Origin: Alphaproteobacteria bacterium
Lineage (GTDB): Bacteria; Pseudomonadota; Alphaproteobacteria; UBA828
NCBI GenBank assembly: GCA_965214705.1
Contig: OZ243972.1
Location: 3,232,001 to 3,296,000, forward strand
Direction: 5' to 3'
Length of the DNA: 64,000 nt
The notes below the pieces were generated by a model. It was not told where the DNA came from. It saw only the letters and a list, made by a program, of their open reading frames with translations, and ran no database searches. The translations under genes and the position numbers were made by a program. Numbering within the stretch: the first letter of the stretch is position 1; each line of letters opens with the position of its first letter. This document shows positions 32,179 to 45,598 of the stretch, piece after piece.

Positions 32179-32233
32179 GTGAGACGCGGGAGGGGTGGTT
32201 GCGCCCTGCCCGCGCAACCCTATAGTGCGCGCC

Positions 32234-33415
32234 ATGCTCACAAAGACCCTCGATCTCGGCCTCGCCAAGCCGCGCCGCGAGACGCGCGTGGTCGTCGCCA
32301 TGTCCGGCGGCGTCGATTCGTCCGTCACCGCAGCCCTGCTGGCGGAGGCGGGCTACGAGGTGGTCGGCATCACGCTCCAGCTCTATGCGGCGGGCGGTCC
32401 GCGGGCGCGCCCTGGCGCCTGTTGCGCCGGGGAGGACATCTACGACGCCCGCCGCGTCGCGGACCGGCTCGGAATCCGCCATTACGTGCTCGACTACGAG
32501 GCGCGCTTCAAGGAGGCGGTGATCGACGATTTCGCTGACTCCTACCTGCGCGGCGAGACGCCGATCCCCTGCGTGCGCTGCAACGAGCGGGTGAAGTTTC
32601 GCGATCTGCTGGCGCTCGCCCGCGACCTCGGCGCGGACGCGCTCGCCACCGGCCACTATGTGCGGCGCGTGGCGGGGCCGAAGGGACCCGAGCTGCACCG
32701 GGCGGTCGATGGCGCCAGGGACCAGAGCTACTTTCTCTTCGCCACCACGCGGGAGCAGCTTGAGTTCCTGCGCTTCCCCTTGGGCGACATGCCGAAGGAG
32801 CAGGTGCGGGCGCAAGCCCAGCTGCTCGGCCTCGCCGTCGCGGACAAGCCGGACAGTCAGGATATCTGCTTCGTGCCCTCCGGCCGCTATGCCGGCGTGA
32901 TCGAGCGGCTGCGCCCCGGCGCTGCCGAGCCGGGCACTATCGTGGACGAGGCGGGCCGGGTGCTCGGCCGCCACGAGGGCATCATCCACTACACCGTGGG
33001 CCAGCGCCGCGGCCTCGGCATCGCGGCGCCCGAGCCGCTCTACGTGCTCGCGGTCGATGCCGAACGCCGCGCGGTCGTGGTGGGCCCGCAGAGGGCGCTG
33101 CTGCGCGACCGCGTGTTCACCGGCCCGCTCGCCTGGATCGGCGGCGACGCGCCCGTGCCCGGCGAGGCGCGGGCGGTGGTGGCGCGGCTCCGCTCCAGCC
33201 ATCCCGGCGCGCCGGCGTGGCTGGTGCGCGGCGCCGACGGCACCGCCGAGGTTAGGCTGGAGAAGCCGGAGCCCGCGACCGCGCCGGGGCAGGCGTGCGT
33301 CCTCTATGACGGCGACCGCGTGCTCGGCGGCGGCTGGATCACCGGCACCGGGCGGAGCGCGGCGCTTGCCGAACGCGGCGGGCACACCGAGCCAGCCGCG
33401 TTGGCCGCCGCCTGA
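32234..33415 (+). CDS. mnmA: tRNA-specific 2-thiouridylase
   Basis: [37 protein letters not shown]. Confidence 0.96.
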   Translation: MLTKTLDLGLAKPRRETRVVVAMSGGVDSSVTAALLAEAGYEVVGITLQLYAAGGPRARPGACCAGEDIYDARRVADRLGIRHYVLDYEARFKEAVIDDFADSYLRGETPIPCVRCNERVKFRDLLALARDLGADALATGHYVRRVAGPKGPELHRAVDGARDQSYFLFATTREQLEFLRFPLGDMPKEQVRAQAQLLGLAVADKPDSQDICFVPSGRYAGVIERLRPGAAEPGTIVDEAGRVLGRHEGIIHYTVGQRRGLGIAAPEPLYVLAVDAERRAVVVGPQRALLRDRVFTGPLAWIGGDAPVPGEARAVVARLRSSHPGAPAWLVRGADGTAEVRLEKPEPATAPGQACVLYDGDRVLGGGWITGTGRSAALAERGGHTEPAALAAA

Positions 33416-33487
33416 CGCCGCGCTCGTGAATCCCAACCGATTGGCTTTCGTCCTGCGCGATCCTGCTTCGGAAAGCGGCGAGGGGCC

Positions 33488-34708
33488 GTGACCGAGCCCC
33501 GGCTGATTACCGAGAGCGCTCCGCTGGTCGAGCTCTGCGCGGCGTGGCGGGAGGCCGATTTCGTCACGGTCGATACCGAGTTCATGCGCGAGAGCACCTA
33601 TCGCGCCAAGTTGTGCCTGCTGCAGATCGGCCCGGCCGAGGGGGAGCCGGTCGCCGTCGATCCGCTCGCGGAGGGAATCGACCTCGCGCCGCTCTACGAT
33701 CTCTTGGTGCGCGCGCCGGTGCTCAAGGTCTTCCACGCCGCGCGGCAGGATGTCGAGGTGCTGCTGCCGCTCGCCGGCGGGGTGCCGCACCCGCTCTTCG
33801 ACACCCAGATCGCCGCCATGGTGTGCGGCTTCGGCGATTCGGTCGGCTACGAGACGCTGGTCGCCAAGCTCACGCGCGGGCGCATCGACAAGACCCAGCG
33901 CTTTACCGACTGGGCGCGGCGGCCGCTGACGGAGCGGCAGTTGCGCTACGCGCTCTCCGACGTAAGTCACCTGCGCGTGGTCTACCAGAAGCTCGCGGCG
34001 AAGCTGGAGCGTACCGGCCGGCGCTCGTGGCTCGACGAGGAGCTGGCGACGCTCACGGACCCCGCCACCTACGAGTCGCCGCCCGAGGAGGCGTGGCGGC
34101 GGATCAAGGTGCGCGGCGGCAACCGGCGCTTCTTCGCGATCCTGCGCGAGGTCGCGGCCTGGCGCGAGGCCGAGGCCGCCCGGCGCGACAAGCCCCGCCC
34201 GTGGGTGATGCGCGATACCGCGCTGAGCGAGATCGCGGCGCAGCGCCCGCGCACGGCGAAGGAGCTCGCCAAGCTGCGCTCGGTGAGCCAGCGCACCGCC
34301 GAGAGCGCCACGGGCGCGGCGCTGCTGGCGGCGGTGGAGCGCGGCCTTGCGCTCCCCGACGAGGACTGTCCCACGCTGCCGGCCCGGCCCGAAAAGTCTG
34401 CGGCGCCGGCGGCCTTGACCGACCTCCTCAAGGTGCTGCTCACCTTCAAGAGCGAGGAGTCCGGCGTCGCCCGAAAGCTGATCGCCAGCGCCGCCGATCT
34501 GGAGCGGATCGCCCAGGGGCAGACGAATGGCGTGCCGGCGCTGCAGGGCTGGCGGCGGGAGCTCTTCGGCGACGCCGCCCTCGATCTGGTGAACGGCCGG
34601 CTTGCGCTCACCGTGGAGCACGGCGTGCTTCGCCTGCTCGCCTGCGAGGATGCCGGTGATCGCGCGCCGGCGTCGGTTCAGCCGCTGGCAGCGGCGGAGC
34701 GGCGGTGA
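33488..34708 (+). CDS. rnd: Ribonuclease D
   Basis: DTEFMRE, HAARQD, DTQIAA, YALSDV, HRDC region. Confidence 0.94.
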   Translation: MTEPRLITESAPLVELCAAWREADFVTVDTEFMRESTYRAKLCLLQIGPAEGEPVAVDPLAEGIDLAPLYDLLVRAPVLKVFHAARQDVEVLLPLAGGVPHPLFDTQIAAMVCGFGDSVGYETLVAKLTRGRIDKTQRFTDWARRPLTERQLRYALSDVSHLRVVYQKLAAKLERTGRRSWLDEELATLTDPATYESPPEEAWRRIKVRGGNRRFFAILREVAAWREAEAARRDKPRPWVMRDTALSEIAAQRPRTAKELAKLRSVSQRTAESATGAALLAAVERGLALPDEDCPTLPARPEKSAAPAALTDLLKVLLTFKSEESGVARKLIASAADLERIAQGQTNGVPALQGWRRELFGDAALDLVNGRLALTVEHGVLRLLACEDAGDRAPASVQPLAAAERR

Positions 34709-35529
34709 ACGCGCGAGCCGCCTGGTTCGATCCGTCGCGGCTCAGCGCCGACGACCCGCGGCCCTACTCCCGCATCGGGCCGGTCAGTGTTCATCCGCAC
34801 TTCGTCCTGGTCTGCGACCACGCCAGCAACGCGGTCCCGGCCCACATGGAGCGCCTGGGCCTCGACCAGGCGGAGCTCGACCGCCACATCGGCTGGGACA
34901 TCGGTGCGGCGATGGTCACCAGATCGCTCAGCGCCTGGCTCGACGCGCCGGCGTACTTCTCCGGCTATTCGCGCCTGGTGATCGATTGCAACCGCCCGGT
35001 GGGGAGCCCCACGGCGATGCCGGCGGTGAGCGACGGCACGGTCGTGCCGGCCAATCAGTCGATCTCGCCGGAGGAGGCCGCAGCGCGGACCGACGCGTTC
35101 TTCCGCCCCTATCACGACGCCATTGCCGCATGCCTCGACCGAGCGATCGGCTTTGACGCGGTGCCGATCCTGGTGGCGGTCCACAGTTTCACGCCGGTCT
35201 TTGACGGCTTCGCCCGGCCCTGGGAGGTGGGGCTGCTCTACGAGCACGACGACCGGCTGGTGCAGCCGCTGAAGGAGGCGCTCGCCGCGCTCCGCCCGGG
35301 GCTCACCATCGGCGATAACGAGCCCTACGCCATCGTCGGCCCGTCCGACTACTCGATTCCGGTGCACGGACAGGGGCGCGGCCTGCCCCATATCGAGATC
35401 GAGCTGCGTCAGGACCTGATCGGCACGCCGGAGGGCGCCCAGTCCTGGGCCGAGACCCTTGCTGTCGCGTTCAAGCAGGTGCGAACAGCGTTGACGCCAC
35501 TCGCGATCGAGAACCGGGTGCCGCCGTAA
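34705..35529 (+). CDS. N-formylglutamate amidohydrolase family protein
   Basis: CDHAS, HIGWDIG, SRLVIDCNR, HSFTP, DNEPY, IELRQDL. Confidence 0.9.
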   Translation: MNARAAWFDPSRLSADDPRPYSRIGPVSVHPHFVLVCDHASNAVPAHMERLGLDQAELDRHIGWDIGAAMVTRSLSAWLDAPAYFSGYSRLVIDCNRPVGSPTAMPAVSDGTVVPANQSISPEEAAARTDAFFRPYHDAIAACLDRAIGFDAVPILVAVHSFTPVFDGFARPWEVGLLYEHDDRLVQPLKEALAALRPGLTIGDNEPYAIVGPSDYSIPVHGQGRGLPHIEIELRQDLIGTPEGAQSWAETLAVAFKQVRTALTPLAIENRVPP

Positions 35530-35533
35530 GTAT

Positions 35534-35638
35534 CCCCCTCCTCACCCCGGCCTCTCCTCCCCGGCGGGGAGGAGAGGGAGAACGGGCGGTGCAGCCACGT
35601 CCCCCCTCCGCCTTTGGGGGAGGACAGGGGGAGGTGGG
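35534..35638. repeat. REP-like palindromic cluster, inverted homolog of 14671-14837
   Basis: CCTCTCCTCCCC...GGGGAGGAGAGG hairpin; located between convergent genes. Confidence 0.75.
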
Positions 35639-35698
35639 TGATGTCCGAGCTGCGGTGATCCCGTCCGGTCGGAACGTGCTCTGGTGAGCCGTGCAGCC

Positions 35699-36358
35699 CT
35701 ACTCGGGCTGCGGCACGATCCTGAGATAGGGTTTCAGGGCCTTCCAGCCGTCGGGGTAGGCCTTCCTGGCCTCCTCGTCGGAGACCGCCGGCACGATGAT
35801 CACGTCCTCGCCCTGCTTCCAGTTCACCGGCGTCGCCACCTTGTGCTTCGCCGTGAGCTGGCAGGAATCGAGCACCCGCAGCACCTCGTCGAAGTTGCGG
35901 CCGGTGCTCATGGGGTAGGTGAGGGAGAGCTTGATCTTCTTGTCAGGCCCGACGAGGAAGACGGTGCGGACGGTGAGGTTGTCGACCGCCGTGCGCCCCT
36001 CCGAGGTCGTGCCGGCGCCCGCCGGAAGCATCTCGTAGAGGGTCGCGATCTTGAGCTCCGGGTCCCCGATCAGCGGGTAGTTGACCGCGTGGCCCTGCGT
36101 CTCCTCGATGTCCTTCGACCAGGCGTGGTGATCGCTCACGCCGTCCACGCTGAGCCCGAGGACCTTGCAGTTGCGCTGCTCGAACTCCGACTTGAGGCCG
36201 GCCATGTAGCCGAGCTCGGTGGTGCAGACCGGCGTGAAGTCCTTGGGGTGGGAGAAAAGAATCGCCCAGCCGTCGCCGATCCAGTCGTGAAAGTCGATCG
36301 AACCTTCGGTGGTGTCTGCCGTGAAGTTGGGTGCTTCGTCGCCGATCCGCAGTGCCAT
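35699..36358 (-). CDS. 1-Cys peroxiredoxin (Prx6)
   Basis: SHPKDFTPVCTTE, YPMSTGRNFDE. Confidence 0.94.
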   Translation of the reverse strand: MALRIGDEAPNFTADTTEGSIDFHDWIGDGWAILFSHPKDFTPVCTTELGYMAGLKSEFEQRNCKVLGLSVDGVSDHHAWSKDIEETQGHAVNYPLIGDPELKIATLYEMLPAGAGTTSEGRTAVDNLTVRTVFLVGPDKKIKLSLTYPMSTGRNFDEVLRVLDSCQLTAKHKVATPVNWKQGEDVIIVPAVSDEEARKAYPDGWKALKPYLRIVPQPE

Positions 36359-36535
36359 TGCCTGGTGTCTCCTCTTGAGCGACCGCGGGCCGGCGGTTGC
36401 GCAGGCCGCAGTCTTGTCAAACTGGGGTCGAGCGGCCCCTCGCGTGCCGTGGCGGCCGCCGATAGACGACAATGTGGTGAGCGCAGCCCGCCGCGCAAGC
36501 GCCTTTTGCAGGCGCCTGCGCGGGAGCAGATCGAA

Positions 36536-37021
36536 TTAGAGCTGCGTGAGCATGTGCTCCGCGCTGCTCACGTCCATCTCCGCCGGGTTCTCCTCCACGT
36601 TGAGGGCCGTGATCGTGCCGTCGTCGACGATCATGGAGAACCGGGTCGTCCGCTCGCCGAGCCCGAAGCCGGTGCCGTCGAGGGTCAACCCCGTCGCGCG
36701 TGCGAACTCGCCGTTGCCGTCCGCCAGCATGTCGATGGCCTCGCCGGAGCCCGTGTCCTCGCCCCAGGCCTTCATCACGAACGCGTCGTTGACCGACACG
36801 CAGGCGATCTGGTCCACGCCCTTGGCCTTGAGCGCATCGGCCTGCGCCAGGAAGCTCGGCACGTGCTTGGCCGAGCAGGTCGGCGTGAATGCGCCGGGGA
36901 CGGCGAAGAGCGCCGTCTTCTTGCCACCGAAATAGTCGTCGCTCGCTATGTCGCTGAGCCCGTCCGCCGTCAGCATCTTGAAGTTGACCGACGGCACCTT
37001 GTCGCCCGCGCTAACTGCCAT
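36536..37021 (-). CDS. Peroxiredoxin (Prx5/redoxin)
   Basis: PGAFTPTCS, VNDAFVM. Confidence 0.94.
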   Translation of the reverse strand: MAVSAGDKVPSVNFKMLTADGLSDIASDDYFGGKKTALFAVPGAFTPTCSAKHVPSFLAQADALKAKGVDQIACVSVNDAFVMKAWGEDTGSGEAIDMLADGNGEFARATGLTLDGTGFGLGERTTRFSMIVDDGTITALNVEENPAEMDVSSAEHMLTQL

Positions 37022-37242
37022 TGTCTCCCTCTCCTCTGGCACGTTGGATTGCCGGGTCCACCCCGGTTGGCGCGCACTATGCGAAGAGCGCCGCGGGAAT
37101 GCAAACCCCGCCGGTGCTGAAAGCGGCTACCGTATCGGCGTGTTCCGCCCGCTCCGTTTTCCGCCATGCGCGGCCGTGCTAGGGAATGCGACGGCGGCGC
37201 GTGGTAGTGCGACAGGGAGGGCCCGGCGCGGGCGAGGGTGCA

Positions 37243-39690
37243 ATGACCGAGGCGTTACCGACTCAGGCCCAGGTAGTGATCGTCGGCGGCGGCATCATCG
37301 GCTGCAGCATGGCCTACCACCTGACCAAGCTCGGTCTGCGCGACGTGGTCCTCCTGGAGCGGGGCCATCTCACCGGCGGCACCTCGTGGCACGCCGCGGG
37401 CCTGGTCAACCAGCTGCGCGCGACCTCGACCCTGACCGAGCTCGCGCGCTACGCAGTCGGCCTCTACGAGACGTTGGAGGCCGAGACCGGCCAGGCGACC
37501 GGCTTCCGCCGCAAGGGCAGCCTGCCCATCGCGCGCACTGAAGAACGGCTCACCGAGATCAGGCGCACGGCCGCGCTCGGCGACTGCTTCGGCGTCGAGG
37601 CCTACGAGGTCGGGCTGAACGAGGTGGCGGCGCTCTATCCGTTGATGGACGTCTCGCGGATCAAGGGCGCGATCTACATTCCCGGCGACGGCCAGACCAA
37701 TCCCGTCGATACCGCGATGGCGCTCGCCAAGGGCGCCCGATCTCGGGGGGCGCGCATCTTCGAGGAGACGGCCGTCACCGGCTTCGAGCGCAGGAACGGC
37801 GCGGTCTCCGCCGTCTGCACCGCGCAAGGCACCATCGCCTGCGAGACCGCCGTTAACTGCGGCGGTGTCTGGGCACGCGAGATCGGGCTGATGGCGGGCG
37901 TGAACGTGCCGCTCTACGCCGCCGAGCACATGTACGTGGTGACCGAGCCGATCGAGGGGCTTTCTCCCGATGCGCCGATCGTCCGCGACACCGACGGCTA
38001 CATCTACGTGAAGGAGGACGCGGGCCGCCTGCTCGTCGGCTCCTTCGAGCCGGTGGCCAAGCCACTGCCGCTGGACAAGCTGCCCGCCGGGGCCGAGTTC
38101 GTCGAGCTACCCGAGGACTGGGACCACTTCGAGCTGCCGATGACCAATGCCATCGAGCTCCTGCCAGTGCTGGAGCGGGCGCCGATCCGCCGCTTCATGA
38201 ACGGGCCAGAGAGCTTCACGCCGGACAACAAGTTCGTGCTCGGCGAGGCGCCGGAGCTTGCGCGCTTCTTCGTCGCCGCCGGCTTCAACTCGCAAGGCAT
38301 CCTTACCGCCGCCGGTGCCGGCAAGGTGATGTCGGAGTGGATCGTGGAGGGGGCGCCCACGGTGGACCTGGCGGAGCTCGACATCTCCCGCTTCGCCCGC
38401 TTCCAGAACAACCGCCGCTATCTGGTTGACCGCACGAAGGAGAGCCTGGGCCTGCTGTTCCAGATGCACTGGCCGCATCGCCAGGTGGAGACCGCGCGGC
38501 CCGTGCGGCTTAGCCCGCTGCACGCGCGCCTCGCCGCCCATAACGCCTGCTTCGGCGAGGCGGCAGGCTGGGAGCGCGCCAACTGGTTCGCGCCGGATGG
38601 CGTGGAACCAACCTACGACTACGCCTATGGCAAGCAGAACTGGTTCGATCACGTGCGGGAGGAGCACCGAGCTGTGCGCGCGGCGGTCGGCATCCTCGAC
38701 ATGAGCTCGTTCGCGAAATACCTGGTGCAGGGGCCGGATGCGGAGCGTGAGCTTCAGCGCCTCTGTGCCAACAATGTCGCGGTGCCGGCGGGCAAGATCA
38801 TCTACACGCAACTTCTCAACAGGCGGGGTGGGATCGAGGCGGACCTCACCGTGACCCGGCTCGACGACGACCGCTATCTGGTGGTGACCTCGGCGGCCTC
38901 CCAGACCCGCGACCTCACCTGGATCGAGCGGAACCTGAGTGACGGTGCGCGGGTCTACGTGACCGATGTGACCTCCGGCTCAGGCGTGCTCGCCGTGATG
39001 GGGCCCAACGCGAGGACGCTGCTCGGGCGGGTCAGCGACGCCGACCTCTCCAACGAGGCCTTCCCCTTCGGCACCTGCCGCGAGATCGATATCGGTTACG
39101 CGCATGCGCGGGCGATGCGGGTTTCCTACGTGGGCGAGCTCGGCTGGGAGCTGCATATTGCGACCGAATACATGGTGCCGATCTTTGACCGGCTGCTCGA
39201 AGCGGGCGCCGACCTCGGCGTCGGGCTGTGCGGCATCCACGCGATGGATTCGCTCAGGAGCGAGAAGGGCTACCGCCACTGGGGCCACGACATCACCCAG
39301 GCCGAGACGCCGCTGGAGGCCGGCCTGGGCTTTGCCGTCTCGTTCAAGAAGGATGCCGACTTCATCGGCCGCGCGGCGCTGGAGCGCCAGCGAGAAGAGG
39401 GGCTCACCGCACGCCTCGCGCACGTGATGCTGGAGAAGCCCGAGCCCTTCATGTTCCACGACGAGACCATCTACCTGGATGACAGGGTCGCCGGCCGTAT
39501 CACGTCTGCGGCCTACGGCTACGGCTTCGACCGGCCGGTCGGCATGGGCTATCTGCTTAGCGACGAGCCGCGCCGGTGGCAAGCGCTCGACGAGGGCGCT
39601 TACGAGGTCGATATCGCCGGCGAGCGCGTGCCGGCGACGATGTCGCTCACGCCTTTCTACGATCCGGCCGGCGAGCGGTTGCGGAGCTGA
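37243..39690 (+). CDS. GcvT-family FAD-dependent oxidoreductase (dimethylglycine/sarcosine dehydrogenase-like)
   Basis: GGGIIG, TSWHAAG, NGPESFTPD, GWER, SYVGELGWE, LRSEKGY. Confidence 0.92.
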   Translation: MTEALPTQAQVVIVGGGIIGCSMAYHLTKLGLRDVVLLERGHLTGGTSWHAAGLVNQLRATSTLTELARYAVGLYETLEAETGQATGFRRKGSLPIARTEERLTEIRRTAALGDCFGVEAYEVGLNEVAALYPLMDVSRIKGAIYIPGDGQTNPVDTAMALAKGARSRGARIFEETAVTGFERRNGAVSAVCTAQGTIACETAVNCGGVWAREIGLMAGVNVPLYAAEHMYVVTEPIEGLSPDAPIVRDTDGYIYVKEDAGRLLVGSFEPVAKPLPLDKLPAGAEFVELPEDWDHFELPMTNAIELLPVLERAPIRRFMNGPESFTPDNKFVLGEAPELARFFVAAGFNSQGILTAAGAGKVMSEWIVEGAPTVDLAELDISRFARFQNNRRYLVDRTKESLGLLFQMHWPHRQVETARPVRLSPLHARLAAHNACFGEAAGWERANWFAPDGVEPTYDYAYGKQNWFDHVREEHRAVRAAVGILDMSSFAKYLVQGPDAERELQRLCANNVAVPAGKIIYTQLLNRRGGIEADLTVTRLDDDRYLVVTSAASQTRDLTWIERNLSDGARVYVTDVTSGSGVLAVMGPNARTLLGRVSDADLSNEAFPFGTCREIDIGYAHARAMRVSYVGELGWELHIATEYMVPIFDRLLEAGADLGVGLCGIHAMDSLRSEKGYRHWGHDITQAETPLEAGLGFAVSFKKDADFIGRAALERQREEGLTARLAHVMLEKPEPFMFHDETIYLDDRVAGRITSAAYGYGFDRPVGMGYLLSDEPRRWQALDEGAYEVDIAGERVPATMSLTPFYDPAGERLRS

Positions 39691-39707
39691 GGGCGGCAGG
39701 GCGCGGC

Positions 39708-41360
39708 ATGGGCGACTGGTACCCGAAGGAGCGACTGGGCGACCTGCCGGCGGAGGCGGCCCGGCGCTGGGGCGCGCGCGAGGCGCTGGTCTGCGACGGC
39801 AAATGCTGGACCTATCGTGACTACGACCGGGAGGTGGATCGTGTCGCCAAGGGGCTGATGGCGCTCGGCGTGGAGACGGGTGAGCACGTCGCGCTCTGGA
39901 TGAACAACCGGCCGGAATGGCTCTTCCTCACCTTCGCGATCGCCAAGATCGGCGCCGTGCTGGTGCCGCTCAACACCCGTTACCGCACCGACGACGTGGC
40001 CTACACGGTGCGGCAATCCGATAGCGGCACCTGGATCAGCGTCGACCGCTCCGGCCCGGTCGACTATGCGGCCATGCTGGCGGAGGTGTTGCCGGGGCTC
40101 GCGGAGCAGGACCCGCGCGCGGCCGCCATCGAGGGCTTTCCCCGGCTCCGCCGCCTTGTCGTCGTGGGCGAGAGCGACGTGCCCGGCACGGTGGGCTGGG
40201 AAGCGATGCTTGCCGATGGCGACGAGGTAAGCGATGCCGCGCTTGCGGCCCGTGCGGCGGCGGTCGATCCCGACGAGCCGGTGATGATCGGCTACACCTC
40301 CGGCACCACCGGGCACCCCAAGGGCGTGCTCCACACCCACCTGATGATCCGCAACATGCGCGAGCGGGCCAACCGCATCGGCCTCACCTTCGAGGACGCG
40401 ATCATCAACCCGCTGCCGCTCTTCCACATGTACGGCTTCAGCGAGGCCGGCTTGATCGCCGTGATCGCGGGCTGCAAGCACGTGCTGCTGGACCGCTTCG
40501 ACGCCGATGAGTGCATGAGGCTGGTCGAAGCCGAGGGCGGCACGATCACCCACGGCTTCGATACCCACTACAAGGAGTATCTCGATTCCCTGGAGCGGAC
40601 GCCGCGGGACATCACCAGCCTGCGCTTCGGCACCTTCCCCTCCGGCATGACCAGCTCGGCCCGTATCGCCCGGCGGGTGCAGACCGAGATGGTGCCCACT
40701 TTCACCGGCTGGGGCATGACCGAGACCTTCACCTTCGCCACCATGTCGTTCGGCAACTCGACGCCGGAGCAACGCTCGGATGCCTCGGGCTTCCCCGCAC
40801 CGGGCTTCGAGATCAAGGTCGTGGACCCGGAGACCGGTCAAGAGATCGCGGTGGGCGAGGAAGGCGAGCTGCTGATTCGCGGCTACATGATCACCCAAGG
40901 CTACTACAAGAAGCCCGAGGAGACTGCCGAGGCCATCGACGGCGACGGCTGGCTGCACACCGGCGACACGGTGGTGCTTCGCGCCGATGGGCACATTCGC
41001 TTCGTCGGCCGCTTCAAGGACCAACTCAGGGTCGGCGGAGAGAACGTGTCGCCGGCGGAGGTCGAGGCGTTCCTCATGGCGCACGAGGCCATCGACCAGG
41101 TGGCGGTGGTGGGCTATCCCGACCCCCGGCTCAACGAGGTCGCCGTGGCCTTCGTCGTCACCGCGCCGGGCGAGACCGTCACCAACGAGGAAATCGCCGC
41201 CTATTGCAAGGGCCGGATCGCGAGCTTCAAGAGCCCGCGCCACGTGCTCTCGGTCGAGGCGTTCCCCATGACCGCGAGCGGCAAGGTGCAGAAGCACAAG
41301 CTCCGCAAGCTCGCGCTCGAAAGGCTGGGCGACCCGACGGCCGATCAGGCAGCCGAATAG
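39708..41360 (+). CDS. AMP-dependent acyl-CoA synthetase
   Basis: YTSGTTGHPKG, WGMTE, GWLHTGD, GKVQK. Confidence 0.92.
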   Translation: MGDWYPKERLGDLPAEAARRWGAREALVCDGKCWTYRDYDREVDRVAKGLMALGVETGEHVALWMNNRPEWLFLTFAIAKIGAVLVPLNTRYRTDDVAYTVRQSDSGTWISVDRSGPVDYAAMLAEVLPGLAEQDPRAAAIEGFPRLRRLVVVGESDVPGTVGWEAMLADGDEVSDAALAARAAAVDPDEPVMIGYTSGTTGHPKGVLHTHLMIRNMRERANRIGLTFEDAIINPLPLFHMYGFSEAGLIAVIAGCKHVLLDRFDADECMRLVEAEGGTITHGFDTHYKEYLDSLERTPRDITSLRFGTFPSGMTSSARIARRVQTEMVPTFTGWGMTETFTFATMSFGNSTPEQRSDASGFPAPGFEIKVVDPETGQEIAVGEEGELLIRGYMITQGYYKKPEETAEAIDGDGWLHTGDTVVLRADGHIRFVGRFKDQLRVGGENVSPAEVEAFLMAHEAIDQVAVVGYPDPRLNEVAVAFVVTAPGETVTNEEIAAYCKGRIASFKSPRHVLSVEAFPMTASGKVQKHKLRKLALERLGDPTADQAAE

Positions 41361-41378
41361 ACGCCGGCAACCGGGCGC

Positions 41379-44075
<2,697 letters not shown>

Positions 44076-44265
44076 CGGGTTGCTCCTTCTTCCGGCACGA
44101 CACGCAGGGCGGCTTCTTGCCGCGTGCGCGCGCCGCCGATAGGCTGGCATCCCCCAACTTCTAGGCTCGACCGGAGAGGGGTGCAAGATTCCCGGCCCGG
44201 CTAGCCCGCATACCTCACCAGAGTCACGCACTGCGCCGCGCGCCGCCTGTTTCGAGGCGCACGAC

Positions 44266-44913
44266 GTGGTTTGCATCCGCGGCGAGCGCCCGGTCTTCTC
44301 CGGAGTCTCGTTTCGCCTCACCCGTGGCGGGGCGCTGACGCTCGTCGGACCCAACGGCGCCGGCAAGTCGAGCCTGCTCCGTATCCTTGCCGGCCTGCTG
44401 AAGCCGGCCGACGGTACGCTCACATGGGAGGGCACGCCGCTCGACGAGGACTGGTCCGCTCATCGCCAGCGGCTCCACTACGTGGGTCACCTCGATGCGG
44501 TGAAACCCACGCTCACGGCGGCGGAGAACTTGCGCGACTGGGCACGGCTCAGGGGCACGGCGCGGGCTGCGCCCGGTGCCCTCGAAGCGCTCGGAATCGA
44601 GGATCTTGCCGACGTGCCGGGGCGCTTCCTATCGGCGGGGCAGCGACGGCGACTCGCGCTTGCACGTCTGGTGGCGTCGCCTGCGCCGCTCTGGCTCCTT
44701 GACGAGCCGACGGTGACGCTCGACGCCGACGCATCGTCCCGCGTCGAGACCATGATCGCCGCGCACCGGGCGGATGGAGGCATGGCAATGGTGGCGACAC
44801 ACGGTGAGATCGCCCTCGACGGTGCCGACCGCCTCGATCTCGGAGATCATGCGGTCCCCGCCGACATGTTGATGGCCGCAGACGACGGGGAGTCGGAGGA
44901 GGAGAAGTGGTAG
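44266..44913 (+). CDS. ccmA: Heme ABC exporter ATP-binding protein
   Basis: [22 protein letters not shown]; start uncertain. Confidence 0.92.
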   Translation: MVCIRGERPVFSGVSFRLTRGGALTLVGPNGAGKSSLLRILAGLLKPADGTLTWEGTPLDEDWSAHRQRLHYVGHLDAVKPTLTAAENLRDWARLRGTARAAPGALEALGIEDLADVPGRFLSAGQRRRLALARLVASPAPLWLLDEPTVTLDADASSRVETMIAAHRADGGMAMVATHGEIALDGADRLDLGDHAVPADMLMAADDGESEEEKW

Positions 44914-45575
44914 GCGTCTTCCTCCGCCTCATCGGTCGCGAGCTCACCCTCGCGGTGCGAGGCGGCATCGGCACGTTGATGGCGGTGGTCTTCTTCGTCA
45001 TCGCCGTCACGCTGTTTCCGCTCGGGGTCGGGCCGGAGCTCGGCCTGCTCAGCCGCATCGCGGCCGGCGCCGTCTGGGTCGCGGCGCTGCTCGCGGCTCT
45101 CCTGTCCCTGGATCGCCTCTTCGTCGCCGACCATGAGGACGGCAGCCTCGAGCAGCTGATGCTCGGCGTGCTGCCGCTTGAGTTCGTCGTGCTGGCCAAG
45201 GCCGTGGCGCACTGGCTCACCACCGGACTCCCGCTGGCCGCCGCCGCACCCGTGCTCGCACTCCTCCTGAACATGAGCGTGGACGGGTTGGTCATCCTGA
45301 TCGTCTCGCTTCTGCTGGGCACGCCGATCCTCAGCCTGATCGGCGCCGTGGGGGCGGCGCTCACCGTGGGCCTGCGCCGCGGCGGCGCGCTCATCGCGCT
45401 TCTGGTCTTGCCGCTCTATGTTCCCGTTCTCATATTCGGCGTGGGCGCGGTGGAAGGCGCCGTGCTCGACGTCGGCGTGCATGCGAACCTGTCGATTCTG
45501 GCGGGCGGGCTCGTGGGAACGCTGGTGCTGGGACCGCCGGCGGCGGCGGCGGCGCTGCGCATGACGGTGGAATAG
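44907..45575 (+). CDS. ccmB: Heme exporter protein B
   Basis: EDGSLEQL, LPLYVPVLIFG, hydrophobic. Confidence 0.94.
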   Translation: MVGVFLRLIGRELTLAVRGGIGTLMAVVFFVIAVTLFPLGVGPELGLLSRIAAGAVWVAALLAALLSLDRLFVADHEDGSLEQLMLGVLPLEFVVLAKAVAHWLTTGLPLAAAAPVLALLLNMSVDGLVILIVSLLLGTPILSLIGAVGAALTVGLRRGGALIALLVLPLYVPVLIFGVGAVEGAVLDVGVHANLSILAGGLVGTLVLGPPAAAAALRMTVE

Positions 45576-45598
45576 GTCTGGGTAGGTCGAGGCCAGGC

